Below, piece after piece: positions 1 to 13,416 of a stretch of DNA of 58,792 bases (its first letter is position 1; each line of letters opens with the position of its first letter). This DNA is from Nemertoderma westbladi (Eukaryota > Animalia > Xenacoelomorpha): positions 1 through 58,792 of the forward strand of contig JAUCBJ010004233.1 in NCBI GenBank assembly GCA_032718475.1, given 5' to 3'. Under the pieces are notes generated by a model, which was given only the letters and a program-made list of their open reading frames with translations, was not told the origin of the DNA and did not search any database. A program made the translations under genes and the position numbers.

Positions 1-3000
1 GTCACTGCGCTCTCACCGCACTGTCACTGCGCTCTCACCGCACTGTCACTGCGCTCTCACCGCACTGTCACTGCGCTCTCACCGCACTGTCACTGCGCTC
101 TCACCGCACTGTCACTGCGCTCTCACCGCACTGTCACTGCGCTCTCGCCGCACTGTCACTGCGCTCTCGCCGCACTGTCACTGCGCTCTCACCGCACTGT
201 CACTGCGCTCTCGCCGCACTGTCACTGCGCTCTCACCGCACTGTCACTGCGCTCTCACCGCACTGTCACTGCGCTCTCACCGCCCTGTCACTGCGCTCTC
301 ACCGCACTGTCACTGCGCTCTCACCGCACTGTCACTGCGCTCTCACCGCACTGTCACCGCGCTCTCACCGCACTGTCACTGCGCTCTCACCACACTGTCA
401 CTGCGCTCTCACCGCACTGTCACTGCGCTCTCACCGCACTGTCACTGCGCTCTCACCGCACTGTCACCGCGCTCTCACCGCACTGTCACTGCGCTCTCAC
501 CACACTGTCACTGCGCTCTCACCGCACTGTCACTGCGCTCTCACCGCACTGTCACCGCGCTCTCACCGCACTGTCACTGCGCTCTCACCACACTGTCACT
601 GCGCTCTCACCGCACTGTCACTGCGATTTCAGAGCGCTGTCACTGCGCTCTCACCGCACTGTCACTGCGCTCTCACCGCACTGTCACTGCGCTCTCACCG
701 CACTGTCACTGCGCTCTCACCGCACTGTCACCGCGCTCTCACCGCACTGTCACTGCGCTCTCACCACACTGTCACTGCGCTCTCACCGCACTGTCACTGC
801 GCTCTCACCGCACTGTCACTGCGCTCTTACCGCACTGTCACTGCGCTCTCACCGCACTGTCACTGCGCTCTCACCGCCCTGTCAAGGCGCTCTCACCGCA
901 CTGTCACTGCGCTCTCATCGTACTGTCACTGCGCTCTCACCGCCCTGTCAAGGCGCTCTCACCGCACTGTCACTGCGCTCTCATCGTACTGTCACTGCGC
1001 TCTCACCGCTCTGTCACTGCGCTCTCACCGCACTGTCACTGCGCTCTCACCGCACTGTCACTGCGCTCTCACCGCACTGTCACTGCGCTCTCACCGCACT
1101 GTCACTGCGCTCTCACCGCACTGTCACTGCGCTCTCACCGCACTGTCACTGCGCTCTCATCGTACTGTCACTGCGCTCTCACCGTACTGTCACTGCGATT
1201 TCAGAGCGCTGTCACTGCGCTCTCACCGCACTGTCACTGCGCTTTCACCGCACTGTCACTGCGCTCTCACTGCACTGTCACTGCGCTCTCACCGCACTGT
1301 CACTGCGCTCTCACCGCACTGTCACTGCGCTCTCATCGTACTGTCACTGCGCTCTCACCGTACTGTCACTGCGATTTCAGAGCGCTGTCACTGCGCTCTC
1401 ACCGCACTGTCACTGCGCTTTCACCGCACTGTCACTGCGCTCTCACTGCACTGTCACTGCGCTCTCACCGCACTGTCACTGCGCTCTCACTGCACTGTCA
1501 CTGCGCTCTCACCGCTCTGTCACTGCGCTATCACCGCACTGTCACTGCGCTCTCACCGCACTGTCACTGCGCTCTCACCGCTCTGTCACTGCGCTCTCAC
1601 CGCACTGTCACTGTGCTCTCACCGCACTGTCACTGTGCTCTCACCGCACTGTCACTGCGCTCTCACCGCACTGTCACTGCGCTCTCACCGCACTGCCACT
1701 GCGCTCTCACCGCTCTGTCACTGCGCTCTCACCGCACTGTCACTGCGCTCTCACCGCACTGTCACTGCGCTCTCACCGCACTGTCACTGCGCTCTCACCG
1801 CACTGTCACTGCGCTCTCACCGCACTGTCACTGCGCTCTCACCGCACTGTCACTGCGCTCTCACCGCACTGTCACTGCGCTCTCACCGCTCTGTCACTGC
1901 GCTCTCACCGCACTGTCACTGCGCTCTCACCGCACTGTCACTGCGCTCTCACCGCACTGTCACTGCGATTTCAGAGCGCTGTCACTGCGCTCTCACCGCA
2001 CTGTCACTGTGCTCTCACCGCACTGTCACTGCGCTCTCACCGCTCTGTCACTGCGCTCTCACCGCACTGTCACTGCGCTCTCACCGCTCTGTCACTGCGC
2101 TCTCACCGCACTGTCACTGCGCTCTCACCGCTCTGTCACTGCGCTCTCACCGCACTGTCACTGCGCTCTCACCGCACTGTCACTGCGCTCTCACCGCACT
2201 GTCACTGCGCTTTCACCGCTCTGTCACTGCGCTCTCACCGCACTGTCACTGCGCTCTCACCGCTCTGTCACTGCGCTCTCACCGCACTGTCACTGCGCTC
2301 TCACCGCCCTGTCACTGCGCTCTCACCGCTCTGTCACTGCGCTCTCACCGCTCTGTCACTGCGCTCACACCGCTCTGTCACTGCGCTCTTACCGCACTGT
2401 CACTGCGCTCTCACCGCACTGCCACTGCGCTCTCACCGCACTGTCACTGCGATTTCAGAGCGCTGTCACTGCGCTCTCACCGCACTGTCACTGCGCTCTC
2501 ACCGCACTGTCACTGCGCTCTCACCGCACTGTCACTGCGCTCTCACCGCCCTGTCAAGGCGCTCTCACCGCACTGTCACTGCGCTCTCATCGTACTGTCA
2601 CTGCGCTCTCACCGCCCTGTCAAGGCGCTCTCACCGCACTGTCACTGCGCTCTCATCGTACTGTCACTGCGCTCTCACCGCACTGTCACTGCGCTCTCAC
2701 CGCACTGTCACTACGCTCTCACCGCGCTGTCACTGCGCTCTCACCGCTCTGTCACTGCGCTCTCACCGCTCTGTCACTGCGCTCTCACCGCTCTGTCACT
2801 GCGCTCTTACCGCACTGTCACTGCGCTCTCACCGCACTGTCACTGCGCTCTCACCGCACTGTCACTGCGATTTCAGAGCGCTGTCACTGCGCTCTCACCG
2901 CACTGTCACTGCGCTCTCACCGCACTGTCACTGCGCTCTCACCGCACTGTCACTGCGCTCTCACCGTCCTGTCAAGGCGCTCTCACCGCACTGTCACTGC

Positions 3001-3350
3001 GCTCTCATCGTACTGTCACTGCGCTCTCACCGCCCTGTCAAGGCGCTCTCACCGCACTGTCACTGCGCTCTCATCGTACTGTCACTGCGCTCTCACCGCA
3101 CTGTCACTGCGCTCTCACCACACTGTCACTACGCTCTCACCGCGCTGTCACTGCGCTCTCACCGCACTGTCACTGCGATTTCAGAGCGCTGTCACTGCGC
3201 TCTCACCGCACTGTCACTGCGCTTTCACCGCACTGTCACTGCGCTTTCACCGCACTGTCAAGGCGCTCTCATCGTACTGTCACTGCGCTCTCACCGCACT
3301 GTCACTGCGCTCTCACCGCACTGTCACTGCGCTCTCACCGCACTGTCACT
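1..3350. repeat. 22-bp GC-rich satellite (ctgtcactgcgctctcaccgca)n, about 150 units, running off the window start
   Basis: Continuous tandem array. The monomer is two related 11-mers (ctgtcactgcg / ctctcaccgca). Recurrent variant monomers occur (gatttcagagcg; gccctgtcaaggcg; ctcatcgta). Confidence 0.98.
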
Positions 3351-4167
3351 GTGACTATAGTCGATTGAAGAAAACTTATTCACCGTCTGTCTGTGTCAGT
3401 TCGGTTTTACTGAACATTGTCGCCATTTTCTTTGGTCATTTTAGTGTCTTCTATTCGATGTTTCGCCATAATGGATTACAGTACACGTTAAACAATTATT
3501 TACATGCAGTAACTAGTCCCGTCACTGCAAACTGGATAATAAAGCAGCATTACATAATTAATAAGTAATTTTAATCCATTGTCTCATTGACAATGAAATA
3601 GAACCAGAACCTCTAGACAGACAGCCAAATCCTTAAACGAATTGAATGCCCTTTCCTTTCTATGTTTTCTCTTACATCCTGCTTGTCTCGTCTAAAAGGC
3701 TCTGCATTACTAGTTCTATTATTATTTTGTTTGCGACATTTCTTATCTTATATACTTGAGGTTTTCAGTAGAGTGGGATGATACAATTAATATACCGGTA
3801 TATAACTGAGACCGTTGCTCTGGCTAATTCATAAAATTTTTATTACAGTCAATATATGACACTTTCTTTAACATGAAAACTTTCATACACGCAAGTTTTT
3901 CAGAAGCATTAACAATTGAAAAAAAAAACGACTTATGTACTGTACTTGTTGTTTCAATGTAACTTCACATTATTATTTTCCCTGTGGTATATTTTTTATA
4001 CTATCAACTACATTTTTTCATGTCACAAAACGCTCGGATTGGCACACTGTAAAGAGCCAGATACTTTCAAGCACTGTATAAATAAAGTTTTGTAAACTTT
4101 TTTCATGAAGGAAGCGAGTGATAATTTGCCTAAGAGTGCAAAAATTTCAGTTTAAAACTGAAATTTC

Positions 4168-4283
4168 GTGCGCACAAGATTTAAGAGCTGAAAAGTTGTG
4201 CGCACGAGATATAAGAGCTGAAAAGTCGTGCGCACGAGATTTAAGAGCTGATAAGTCGTGCGCATGAGAGAGCCGAAAAGTCA
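4168..4283. repeat. 30-bp minisatellite, about 3.5 copies (gtgcgcacgagatttaagagctgaaaagtc)
   Basis: Direct tandem copies visible, with a tcgtgcgcacga palindrome formed across unit junctions. Confidence 0.85.
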
Positions 4284-5635
4284 AAGTCGCCTAAATCTCG
4301 TTTTCACTTTTCGGTTACGAAGAAATATTAAAATCATACGATGGCCCTTCAGAGCAACCATAAGAAACAGCTTTGTTCACGTCACGTCACGTCAAAATCC
4401 ACGTCACGTATTCATTCTTAATGGAAATTTCATCCAAGGGCGGTTTCGTTTATAGCCAGCCGGCTGGCTTACTAGTAATAGTTATATTAAACGAGTGATT
4501 GATTTTTTGTGACACCGACCAAGATTGGCCACTCAAGGCATTAGCATGTAAATAATATATTCCAAATATCTAATAATAGATTTGTGTATCATTGGATACA
4601 AATGCATCGTGCAATGTTGTACAGTTAATCACTTCACTGCTAGGCCAACAACTGGGGGGTGGGTAATATGGATGATGCTACCCCAACATGGCATCCTCTC
4701 CAACAGCAGCATGAAGCCAGCTGCCAGCCCAAAACGCCCCTGATTGGTTACTAAGGAGTTGTAATCGATGCTGCAGCTATGTAGGCCCAATCGTCTTTAT
4801 GAGGGTACCATTAGTGGTTCACAGCATTATTGCCTATAAAGGCAAAGAAGGCCCTCATAAAGCTCTGCCCTTGTATTGTGAAAATTAATTAGTTTTTTTC
4901 CTTACCGTAATTGTTGTTTACTTTATTATAATAATAAAATTAAGAGTTATTAAAGTTATTTTTTGAATTGAAACATAAATTACCTTTCCATAACATACAA
5001 CATACAACTATATGTTATACTAAATAACTGAATTTTCACTAATATTTGCCATAAAATTAATCGTTAGTAACAAGTAGGTGTAGGCCTGTAGGCCTACAGT
5101 ATTTTTTTTTATTTTTTTTCAGAGGCGTATTCTAAAGGGGGAGGGGGGGGGGGGGGGGGGTTGGTTGGCCCTGAGCTTTGTGTGCTGAGGTTCTGCTGAG
5201 GAGCTTTGAGGCTCTGAGCTGAGGTTTGTTTTGACTAATATAAATCTGCTATGTGCCTGTATGCTACCTGGCTCAACTCAACCCATTGATATGATCGAAT
5301 GAGTTCCGCAATAGAAGTTCCGAAAAGCTGTTATAAATTTATATAAATATTTTTAATCATTATCATTCCGGTAGTAATAATTTATTTATTAAACGATGGG
5401 GAGGATAGGCCTACTATTTACTTTTTTAATCGAGTCAATCTAGCAAAAAACCCACCTGAGAAATTCGCAATCACCAAAAACAATTTTTTTCTGTTGAATA
5501 TTACCTTGTTCTTAGTACATATCATTCATTACATGTCGTTACAAGTACTTATTACAGTATTACATGTCGTTACAAGTACTTATTATTCATAATAATTAAT
5601 TGTGACCAAACATTTTATCTTAATTCTAACTAACT

Positions 5636-6481
5636 ATGGGTCCCATTGCAATCGTTTCTGTACTATTGATTGGCTTTATATCAGTTCACGGTCTTCAACT
5701 ACAGAGCTTCGCACCTCAATGCTTGTCTCCGCAGTTCAACATGGAAGGCTACGAGGTCGAGCCAGATGTAACAAATGTTAACAACTATTATCAGAGCATC
5801 AATAAGGTTGTCCTCCCAGCGGTGTTCCCCATTAGCGAACCAGGGTCCAATGGGCCATTCGGTAAATGCTCTGAAACCAATGTGTCTTTCAGTGGAGTAC
5901 AGAATGCCATCGCTTTCCAATACGCGATCCAGATGGTTAATCAGGATCCTACAGTCCTACCAGGGGTAGAATTAGTGGGTATCATCTTCGACTCCTGCGG
6001 TTCCCCTGGACGCGCGGGCCGAGACATGGCTAACTTCCTTAGCGGAGTCGTGACTCCAGGCACTGGGTTCACCAACACCGACTATCAATATATCAAGGTG
6101 GTCTACGCTGGACTTACCAACGACGATGTGAAGGCGGTCGCAGGACCAGCTGGTCGCATGGGTTACATTACAGTGTCGTCAGGGGCAACAGCTGAGGAAC
6201 TGTCTGACACAACCGAGTATCCATATTTCCTTCGCACAACGCCATCTATCGAGAACTTGGCAAAGACGTTGGTTGGAATTCTAAAACACTATGAGTGGAC
6301 TTTTGTTTCTCTGGTGTATTCGGCTGACTCTTTTGGGAGAGATGCGGCCCGACATTTTAGAGACGAGGCCGCTTACGATCATATTTGTATCGGAGTAGAT
6401 TTTCACGTCAATGGCAGTGTTGTTCGGGATGCCACAGGCGCACTGGTTTTGTTAAAGCAGCAGTATGATAGGGGAGCCAAG
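5636..6481 (+). CDS. Coding exon 1 of a class C GPCR/mGluR-like Venus-flytrap (ANF-receptor ligand-binding) protein; includes the signal peptide
   Basis: N-terminus MGPIAIVSVLLIGFISVHG is signal-like. Family motifs: AIQMVNQDPTVLPGVELVGIIFDSC, ATAEELSDTTEYPYFLRTTPS, ILKHYEWTFVSLVYS, ICI. Ends at an AAG|gtgagt donor (phase 0). Confidence 0.93.
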
Positions 6482-6861
6482 GTGAGTCAATGGTAGATCT
6501 AATAATTGGTAAAGGACATGACCTATGTATGTATGTATGTATGTGTTTGTTTTGTTATGTGGGGCGAGCCACGAAGTGAGTGAGCCTTAGCGTAGTGGTA
6601 CCATTAATCAACCTGTCGTTCTGTCGTTCTGTCGTGTTCAATTTTAAATGGGGCGAGCCACGAAGTGAGTGAGCCTTAGCGTAGTGGTACCATTAATCAA
6701 CCTGTCGTTCTGTCGTTCTGTCGTGTTCAATTTTAAACGTTAATAACTCGGCCAATCTTTGATGAAATCTATCCAAACTTGGTACACATGTTGTTTGGCA
6801 AAAGTTTAGAAATTTTCCAAGTAGAATTTCCGTGTGGCCTTCGAGAAGCTAAGATAATAGC

Positions 6862-8727
6862 CAGTGCCGGATTAAGCATCTGGTGGCCCTAAGGCACATT
6901 TTACTAATTTCCAAAAATGGCCCGAAAATTGATATTTTTCCGCAAACCCTTTCAAAATAAAAAGCTGCTAAAAACAATTGAAATTGTGAAAATGTTGCGA
7001 AGGAAATATAAAGTATTTTCGTTGGATGACTGACTGCAAATAACTACTAAGTACTTTAATAATAAGTAGGCCTACTTTGCAAAAATAGTTTTCATCAAGA
7101 ATTGTAACATTACTAAACGGCATACAGTATAAAACCTTTGCTATAAAAAGTGTAATGGTTTTGGTAGAATTTCTCAAGCTTTAATTTTTTAATATATTAA
7201 TGGGACCATTACCCCAAATCTATTTGTTTTATTTATAAAGCTACTATTCTGAAACTTTAACACAATGATCTGTGATCTTTTATATACTACAGTATGAAAA
7301 CTGAGTATAGGTAGATTCATAAACCGTTTGTTCGAAAAATATGGCACTTTTTGAGCAGGTCGGTTTTTTCAAAATTAGGTGCAAAAAATATTGTTACAAA
7401 ATCGGCTCTAGAAGATCCAAATGGCAATGTTTTACCAAACCAACGATAGTAGTCCTAAAGCTGCTGAACATTTTGGTATATTATGTTTGATGGCAATTGA
7501 GTAAAAAATAAAATAGTAGTAGAATTTAGTAGTAGAATTTAGTGATGAAAAAAGTCAAAATCGACAAACTGATAAAAAGGTTGTTTTATACAGAGAGTCA
7601 TAAATATCAGCAATATATATGTTGTTGAAAAGAGCAGTTTTGAGGTCAAAAAATAATTCAATGTTGAATACCGATATCACCTTATGAAAGCCCTTCTATC
7701 AAAGTACAAAAAAATTGTGCAAATTTTGAATATTTCATTTTGTGGTGGTTAGAGTTGGCCCCCTTAAGGCTGACTAGGCTCCTGTAGGCATTTAGCAATT
7801 TTGATCGGATCGTGGGAATGTGTTATTTATATTCTGTAGGGTAGGTTTTGCACGGTAGGCCTAGTTATCTTTACAGGACTTGCTGAGAAATATAACACAC
7901 CAAAAGTGTGGGCTTTGTGCAAAGATATAATATTTCTGATCTAGATTTGGACTTGCTGAGAAAGTAATGTTCTCCGATAGAAAACAGTCTTGGAAAAAAG
8001 TACTTTTGTCATTAATTTTAATTTACCAAATTCAATTATGCTGCCCAATTATGCTTTTAGGTTTTGCAGGAAATGCACCTAAAAGGCCATCGAATGCAAA
8101 ATTCAATACACGAGGGCAGAACATCTGAATTTCGGTTAAATTAAATTTGTGTCAAGAAGTTATTTCTGACACGTTTTTTTTTTATCACCAACTATTCTAT
8201 CTACAATTAATTAATCCTTTTTTTCATCTATTAGGGCCTATATTTATACAAAAAAAATAATAATAATTTCGCACTACCATATCTCCACGCCATACATTTA
8301 CTATGTACAGTATTTCCAGTATGTCACCACGTCATTATTTGGTTGTACCTGAAAGTTTAAAGAGCATAACTACAAATAATTCCTCACAAATAAATAAAAT
8401 TAAATTCTCCATTGTTCATAATTAGCACTTTAAAGTTTTACTGCCCATGTTTTATTATTTCCCTGCCATCAGGTCTCTAACTAATAACACAGCACCTATC
8501 GGTCGACTGAGCTAGAATTTTGCACTTTCTATCAGAAATTTAGGGTTAGAAAGTAGTCGAAAGATGCACTTTCGTGCTGTTTTCTATAAATTTTAGTGAG
8601 AAAAAATGTGGATTCTCCAGATAAAAATATTTTTTTCACAGGAATGACTCGCTGAGAAAAAATGGCCCGTATTTTCGGTTGGCCCTAAGGCACGTGCCTT
8701 TTATGCCTTTAGGTTAATCCGGCACTG
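6862..8727. mobile_element. Non-autonomous hAT-type DNA transposon (MITE-like) nested in the HINE
   Basis: TIR cagtgccggattaa / ttaatccggcactg; perfect 8-bp TSD ataatagc at 6854-6861 and 8728-8735; subterminal repeat tggccctaaggcac at both ends; no transposase ORF. Confidence 0.9.
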
Positions 8728-9524
8728 ATAATAGCAGTTAATTAGATAATTAAGTTGATTGCGGTGAAAACGCCATTTTCAACCTGCCTTTTAAAGGAAA
8801 TTAATTGTTTTACAGTATAAGATTTAAATAATTATACTTAAAAATTATACAGATATAATCCCCATACGCCATTCTATTATAGTTTTTAATTAGTTTAAGT
8901 GATTTGCTTTAATAAATGTGTCTTTAATTGATCTAAACGTAATTAAACCGCACAATTATTGAGTACAAATTTAATCCTTCCCATTATTGGTCAAGTCTCT
9001 GCTGGTGTGGAGCTAGCTGCTGGGAGTTGTGGCTGTAGACTAACCTGAGAGGAATTGTAATAGAGGCAACCAGTATTGCTATTCCAGCCCAATCACTGAA
9101 TTGTGTTTATTATAGGCTGGACGGGCCGCATAACCGTTCGACTATTACTACTATTGCTATCTCAGTTAAATGACAGATATAATAACATAAATACAATCCA
9201 TGGCATGGCTGTTGTAGGCTTCTGAAATAGTTTATTCCACAATGTATATGTCTGGTTATTTTTTAATTGAATTTTTGCAAAGTAGTAAAATTAATGTTCT
9301 TAAAAATAATATTATTATTTTATATGTAACCTAGGAAATTAGCTACATTTTTTCGCTGCAGCTTTAAGAGTGTACATTGATTTAATATTATTTCAATACC
9401 CATATTACTACATCGGCATAAGATGCGTTGGCGTTGTATCACACATCTCCACATATCACACATCTCCACATAGATGTATCAACAGTTACTCGCACAGTTT
9501 CGAAACTTCGCATAGTTATAACTG

Positions 9525-9815
9525 TATAAAGATCGTCAGTCTGCGTTTAGGAAAAATATTTTATGACAAAACAGGACAAGCGACGAGCGCAACGAGGCAT
9601 ATAATGAAGACGAGTACTGCGTTGACTAAATTATTATATAAACCACCTGGCTTCACATATTGATCGCATCCCTAGTTATTATTATTATAAAGATCGTCCT
9701 AGCCTGCGTTTAAGAAATATATTTAAATACAAAACAGGACGAACGCAAAGAGGCTTATAATGAAAACGAGTACTGCGTTTATTATATTCCTATAAACCAC
9801 CTGGCTTTGCATATT
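9525..9815. repeat. Diverged direct repeat of about 160 bp (2 copies)
   Basis: tataaagatcgtc...gagtactgcgtt...tataaaccacctggctt at about 9525 and 9686. Confidence 0.75.
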
Positions 9816-10387
9816 TAACGTGCGATTGGAAATAAGTTCGTGCTACCCTTCCGTGGGTGGTAGATGTCGCGGTTATGTATTGGTGGTTGGGAAGGGTGGG
9901 GCGGGGGGGGGGATTAAAAGGGGTGAACACGTACTGTCCACCTTTCTTTGATTGATTGGTGGTGTGGGTAAATTTCTCAAAACCTGATTTTGTGATACAG
10001 TCGCTGCATTTTAATTTGTATATAATAACTAGGCCTCGTGCTGCGCGAAGTCCCCACGAACGTGTACTATACTGTATTATATATACCACCAAGATCTTAA
10101 TATCTGAGCGCTTATAAAAAATGAGTCATATTTTTACTAACATGTCCTCATTCTGTCGTTAGTTAAATACTTAGATTACTCTAGACTCCTGGTGCTGGTC
10201 AGAGGTAATCCCACCCTACACTACAAGGTTGACTTGTGGCTCTTTCACACACATTCTATGAACTTTTGCTGCAGTTGGAATACTGTAACAAAGAATGCTG
10301 TAATATTATTTAGATGTCTATATTACCCAGAAGACTAAAACAATCTACGTTGACTATCTATATTAATTGCTCTGATATTCTTTCTAG

Positions 10388-10548
10388 ACTGTTGTTTTAC
10401 TAACCAATGAAGCGGAAACCAATGCGATTCTTAAAGAAGCTTCTTCACAAAAAGTGAAGTTCTTTTGGTTGGGAGGCAACTATTGGGGTGAATCTAAAGC
10501 AGTTGTCAGGGATACTGGTACCGCTGCTTTGGGTGCTATTAGTGTCAA
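10388..10548 (+). CDS. Coding exon 2 of the VFT-domain gene
   Basis: tttctag acceptor and gtaagt donor. Translates TVVLLTNEAETNAILKEASSQKVKFFWLGGNYWGESKAVVRDTGTAALGAISV(K), matching the mGluR VVVLF...FxWIGSDxWG...AxGAITI segment. Phase 0 in, phase 2 out. Not in the supplied ORF track in this frame. Confidence 0.9.
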
Positions 10549-10994
10549 GTAAGTTGCAGATATCAGATCGGGTGTCTAAGTTGTTCATACTGTGGGGGCT
10601 GGGGGTCGGATGGTTCATTCAGACATGCTATACAGTATGGCGGAATTTAATGATAATGCGTTTTGTAAATCGTTAGTTTTAAATGTCAAACTTGTTGTGT
10701 ATCTATAAATAATATATTACAATTAAAATTTATTTTATTATATTTTATTATGATTACTTTTATTCCAGAATTTTTCATTACTTAATGCTGTTATTATTTA
10801 CCCGCCAAATGTTATTGTAGCACATTACAATTTTGGTTAACATATTATTACAACAACTGTATAGTGTAAGTGTATAACTCTAAATTTGTATTCGACATCG
10901 ACATTGGGGTTTCGATATCAATTTGTGTCGATTTAGTTTGTCATGTTTGTTTGTTTGTTTGTTTGTTTGTTTGTTAAGGATTTGTTTATGTTTA

Positions 10995-11357
10995 TAGCCA
11001 CAGTGGCTCCCAGCCCGAGAAATAAGATAACATATTAATATATAATAAAATATAATAATATCTTATAAGATAATAATCATAAAATAAATTACGTAGTTTA
11101 TCCCCACTAGCCACATTACGTGGTGTTGGTGTAGAAAATTATTTATTTATTTATCTTAAATTATTATTATTATTATAGCCACAGTGGCTCCCAGCCCGAG
11201 AAATAAGATAACATATTAATATATAATAAAATATAATAATATCTTATAAGATAATAATCATAAAATAAATTACGTAGTTTATCCCCACTAGCCACATTAC
11301 GTGGTGTTGGTGTAGAAAATTATTTATTTATTTATCTTTAATTATTATTATTATTAT
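10995..11357. repeat. Near-perfect 181-bp tandem duplication abutting the RTE insertion
   Basis: tagccacagtggctcccagcccgag... starts at 10995 and 11176; each unit ends in (tta)n. Confidence 0.92.
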
Positions 11358-12332
11358 TGTTATATTGTGACACAGAAGCGCAGGTACTCTCACCAGATGG
11401 TGAAACTGAGTTTTTCTCAATCCTGGCTGGCGTACTGCAAGGTGACACATTAGCACCATTACTATTTGTAATTGTGCTGGATTACGCAATGAGGACGGCC
11501 ACAAAGGGTGAAGACCTGGGATTCACACTTCAAGAACGCAGAAGTAGTAGATATCCGGCAACTACAGTCACAGACACCGACTTTGCGGATGACATCGCCC
11601 TGCTCTCTAATACCCTAGCAGATGCACAGCTTCTACTAAATAAAGTGGAGATGGCTGCTAAAGAGGTTGGATTGCATATAAATGCTACAAAGACCGAATT
11701 CATGACCTTTAATGTTGATGGAAACTTGACAACCATTGATAATAATCAACTAAGGAAGGTCGATGACTTCCAGTACCTTGGATCATGGATAGAGAGTAGC
11801 AAAAAGGACATAGAAGTTAGGAAAGCAAAGGCTTGGGTAGCTCTATCAAAAATGGATACCATCTGTAAATCAGATCTCCCCAGGCACCTGAAGACTAAGT
11901 TCTTTCGAGCCACAGTGGAAAGTGTATTTTTATATGGAGGTGAGACCTGGACACTGACTAAATCACTTGAACAACGAATTGATGGTTGCTACACAAGACT
12001 ACTAAGGGCAGCCCTAAACATCAGCTGGAGACAACACATGACAAACGCCGAGCTTTATTGTACAATACCACCTGTATCAACGACCCTCCGTGAACGCAGA
12101 TTACGATTCAGTGGGCACTGCTGGCGAAGTAACGACGAGGTCATACCAGATCTACTTCTCTGGCAACCAACTCATGGAAAGCGTAGTCGTGGACGACCTG
12201 CCATAACATATATAGATCGACTTGAAAGGGATACTGAACTTGGGAGAAACGAAATTGCGACAACTATGGAGAATCGGGAAGCCTGGAAGGATCTCATTTC
12301 CACTGTCCGAGTTCGCTCGACCTAGTAGTAGT
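11357..12332 (+). mobile_element. 5'-truncated RTE-clade LINE (RT C-terminal half), ORF 11357-12325
   Basis: GVLQGDTLAPLLF, FADDIALL, GLHINATKT, FQYLGS, LYGGETWTLT, RRLRFSGHCWR, RGRP. Stop codon runs into a (tag)n tail; flanked by (tta)n. Confidence 0.95.
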
Positions 12333-12532
12333 ATTATTATTATATGTGCTTATCACTAAAGCTTAAAGATTTTATTACAAAATCTTAATATCGGTAAGCC
12401 ATTGTAACGTATTAGGGTAACATATCATCACATTAAAGTTTCAATAATTTTTGTTTAAGTAATGTAAGTTTACATCTCTAAACGAATTATTTTAGTGAAA
12501 TAAGAAACTTTCAGGTAATGGTTGGCCAATCC

Positions 12533-12804
12533 GCCCATGTGAAGAATACCAGGATTTCACTTTTCGGTCGACTTTTTATTGGAATTTTATATATGAAAAT
12601 TTTTTTATTTTTTTAAATCTATCTTTATTAAGTGTTTTATAGCGCTTATTTCTGTCTTATGTACATATACTATTTCGTTTATTGTTTTGGTTAGATTCAG
12701 CCCTTCTGTAACCTGTGTTTTTGGTGAAAACCTGGTATTCTTCACATGGGGGTAACTTCAAAGTGAAATATAACGGCAGAAAGTCTCGTAGTCTTCACAT
12801 GGGC
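12533..12804. mobile_element. Small MITE-like inverted-repeat element
   Basis: gcccatgtgaagaataccagg at 12533 is inverted at about 12724-12750 and again (tcttcacatgggc) near 12800; flanked by ttggccaat. Confidence 0.6.
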
Positions 12805-13416
12805 CGGCCAATTGGCCAATTTGTTGGATTGCACTGGTGTGATTAATTGGTGGAGTGTATAGTGGTCAATTTATTATTCAACTGCACATGCAGGGCAGTG
12901 TTTATATAAACTATTAACATCCTTTTATCTAAGCAGGGACAGGATACGATACGATCCGAACCAATTTTTCACCATACGATACGAATGTAGTTTTGAGAAA
13001 ATACGATCTATACGAAAAATCGAAGATACTGTACGATACGAAATACCAAATACGATACGATACGATACGAAAGTACGATACGATAATCGTATTTTTTTTC
13101 GTATCGTATTTTTACCTAAGAGTTGATAAAAAAAACATATGGTATTATTTGTATTACACTTAGAAAATCAAATAATCTCTTTATAATAGGCATTTTTTTT
13201 ATTTCATTGTTCCAGTATGCTTGTCGCAGCAATAGTGTGTCTACTGGCTATATCATCCATAAGGACGTTATGCAACATGGCCCAATAGTAGGCGTTACCA
13301 TGTTACTCTGCCACTTTATGCATAATTACGGGATTAATAAAGGCAAGGAAGGGTCTTTCACCACGTGGATATATAAAAAATGAAGTTAATTATTTACCGT
13401 ATGGCCATTTCATTTT

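Larger units (their letters stand above)
6558..10065 (+). mobile_element. Helentron-associated (HINE/DINE-1-like) non-autonomous element in intron 1, 5' module tandemly duplicated
   Basis: 5' tgtggggcgagccacgaag... followed by (ctgtcgtt)n; 3' ...ccccacgaacgtgt with subterminal inverted repeat and cacg-aa-cgtg hairpin. The same ends recur at 33727, 45890 and 56671. The 5' ~89 bp is present twice (6560, 6649). Confidence 0.6.

Noticed and set aside
1613-3568. 651-aa and 577-aa Cys/His-rich ORFs
   Set aside because: Translations of the stop-free 22-bp satellite, with non-ATG starts and the same periodic peptide in multiple frames.
6482-6496. VSQW* as the real C-terminus of the 5636 ORF
   Set aside because: Read-through into the intron past a consensus gtgagt donor; domain homology continues in exon 2.
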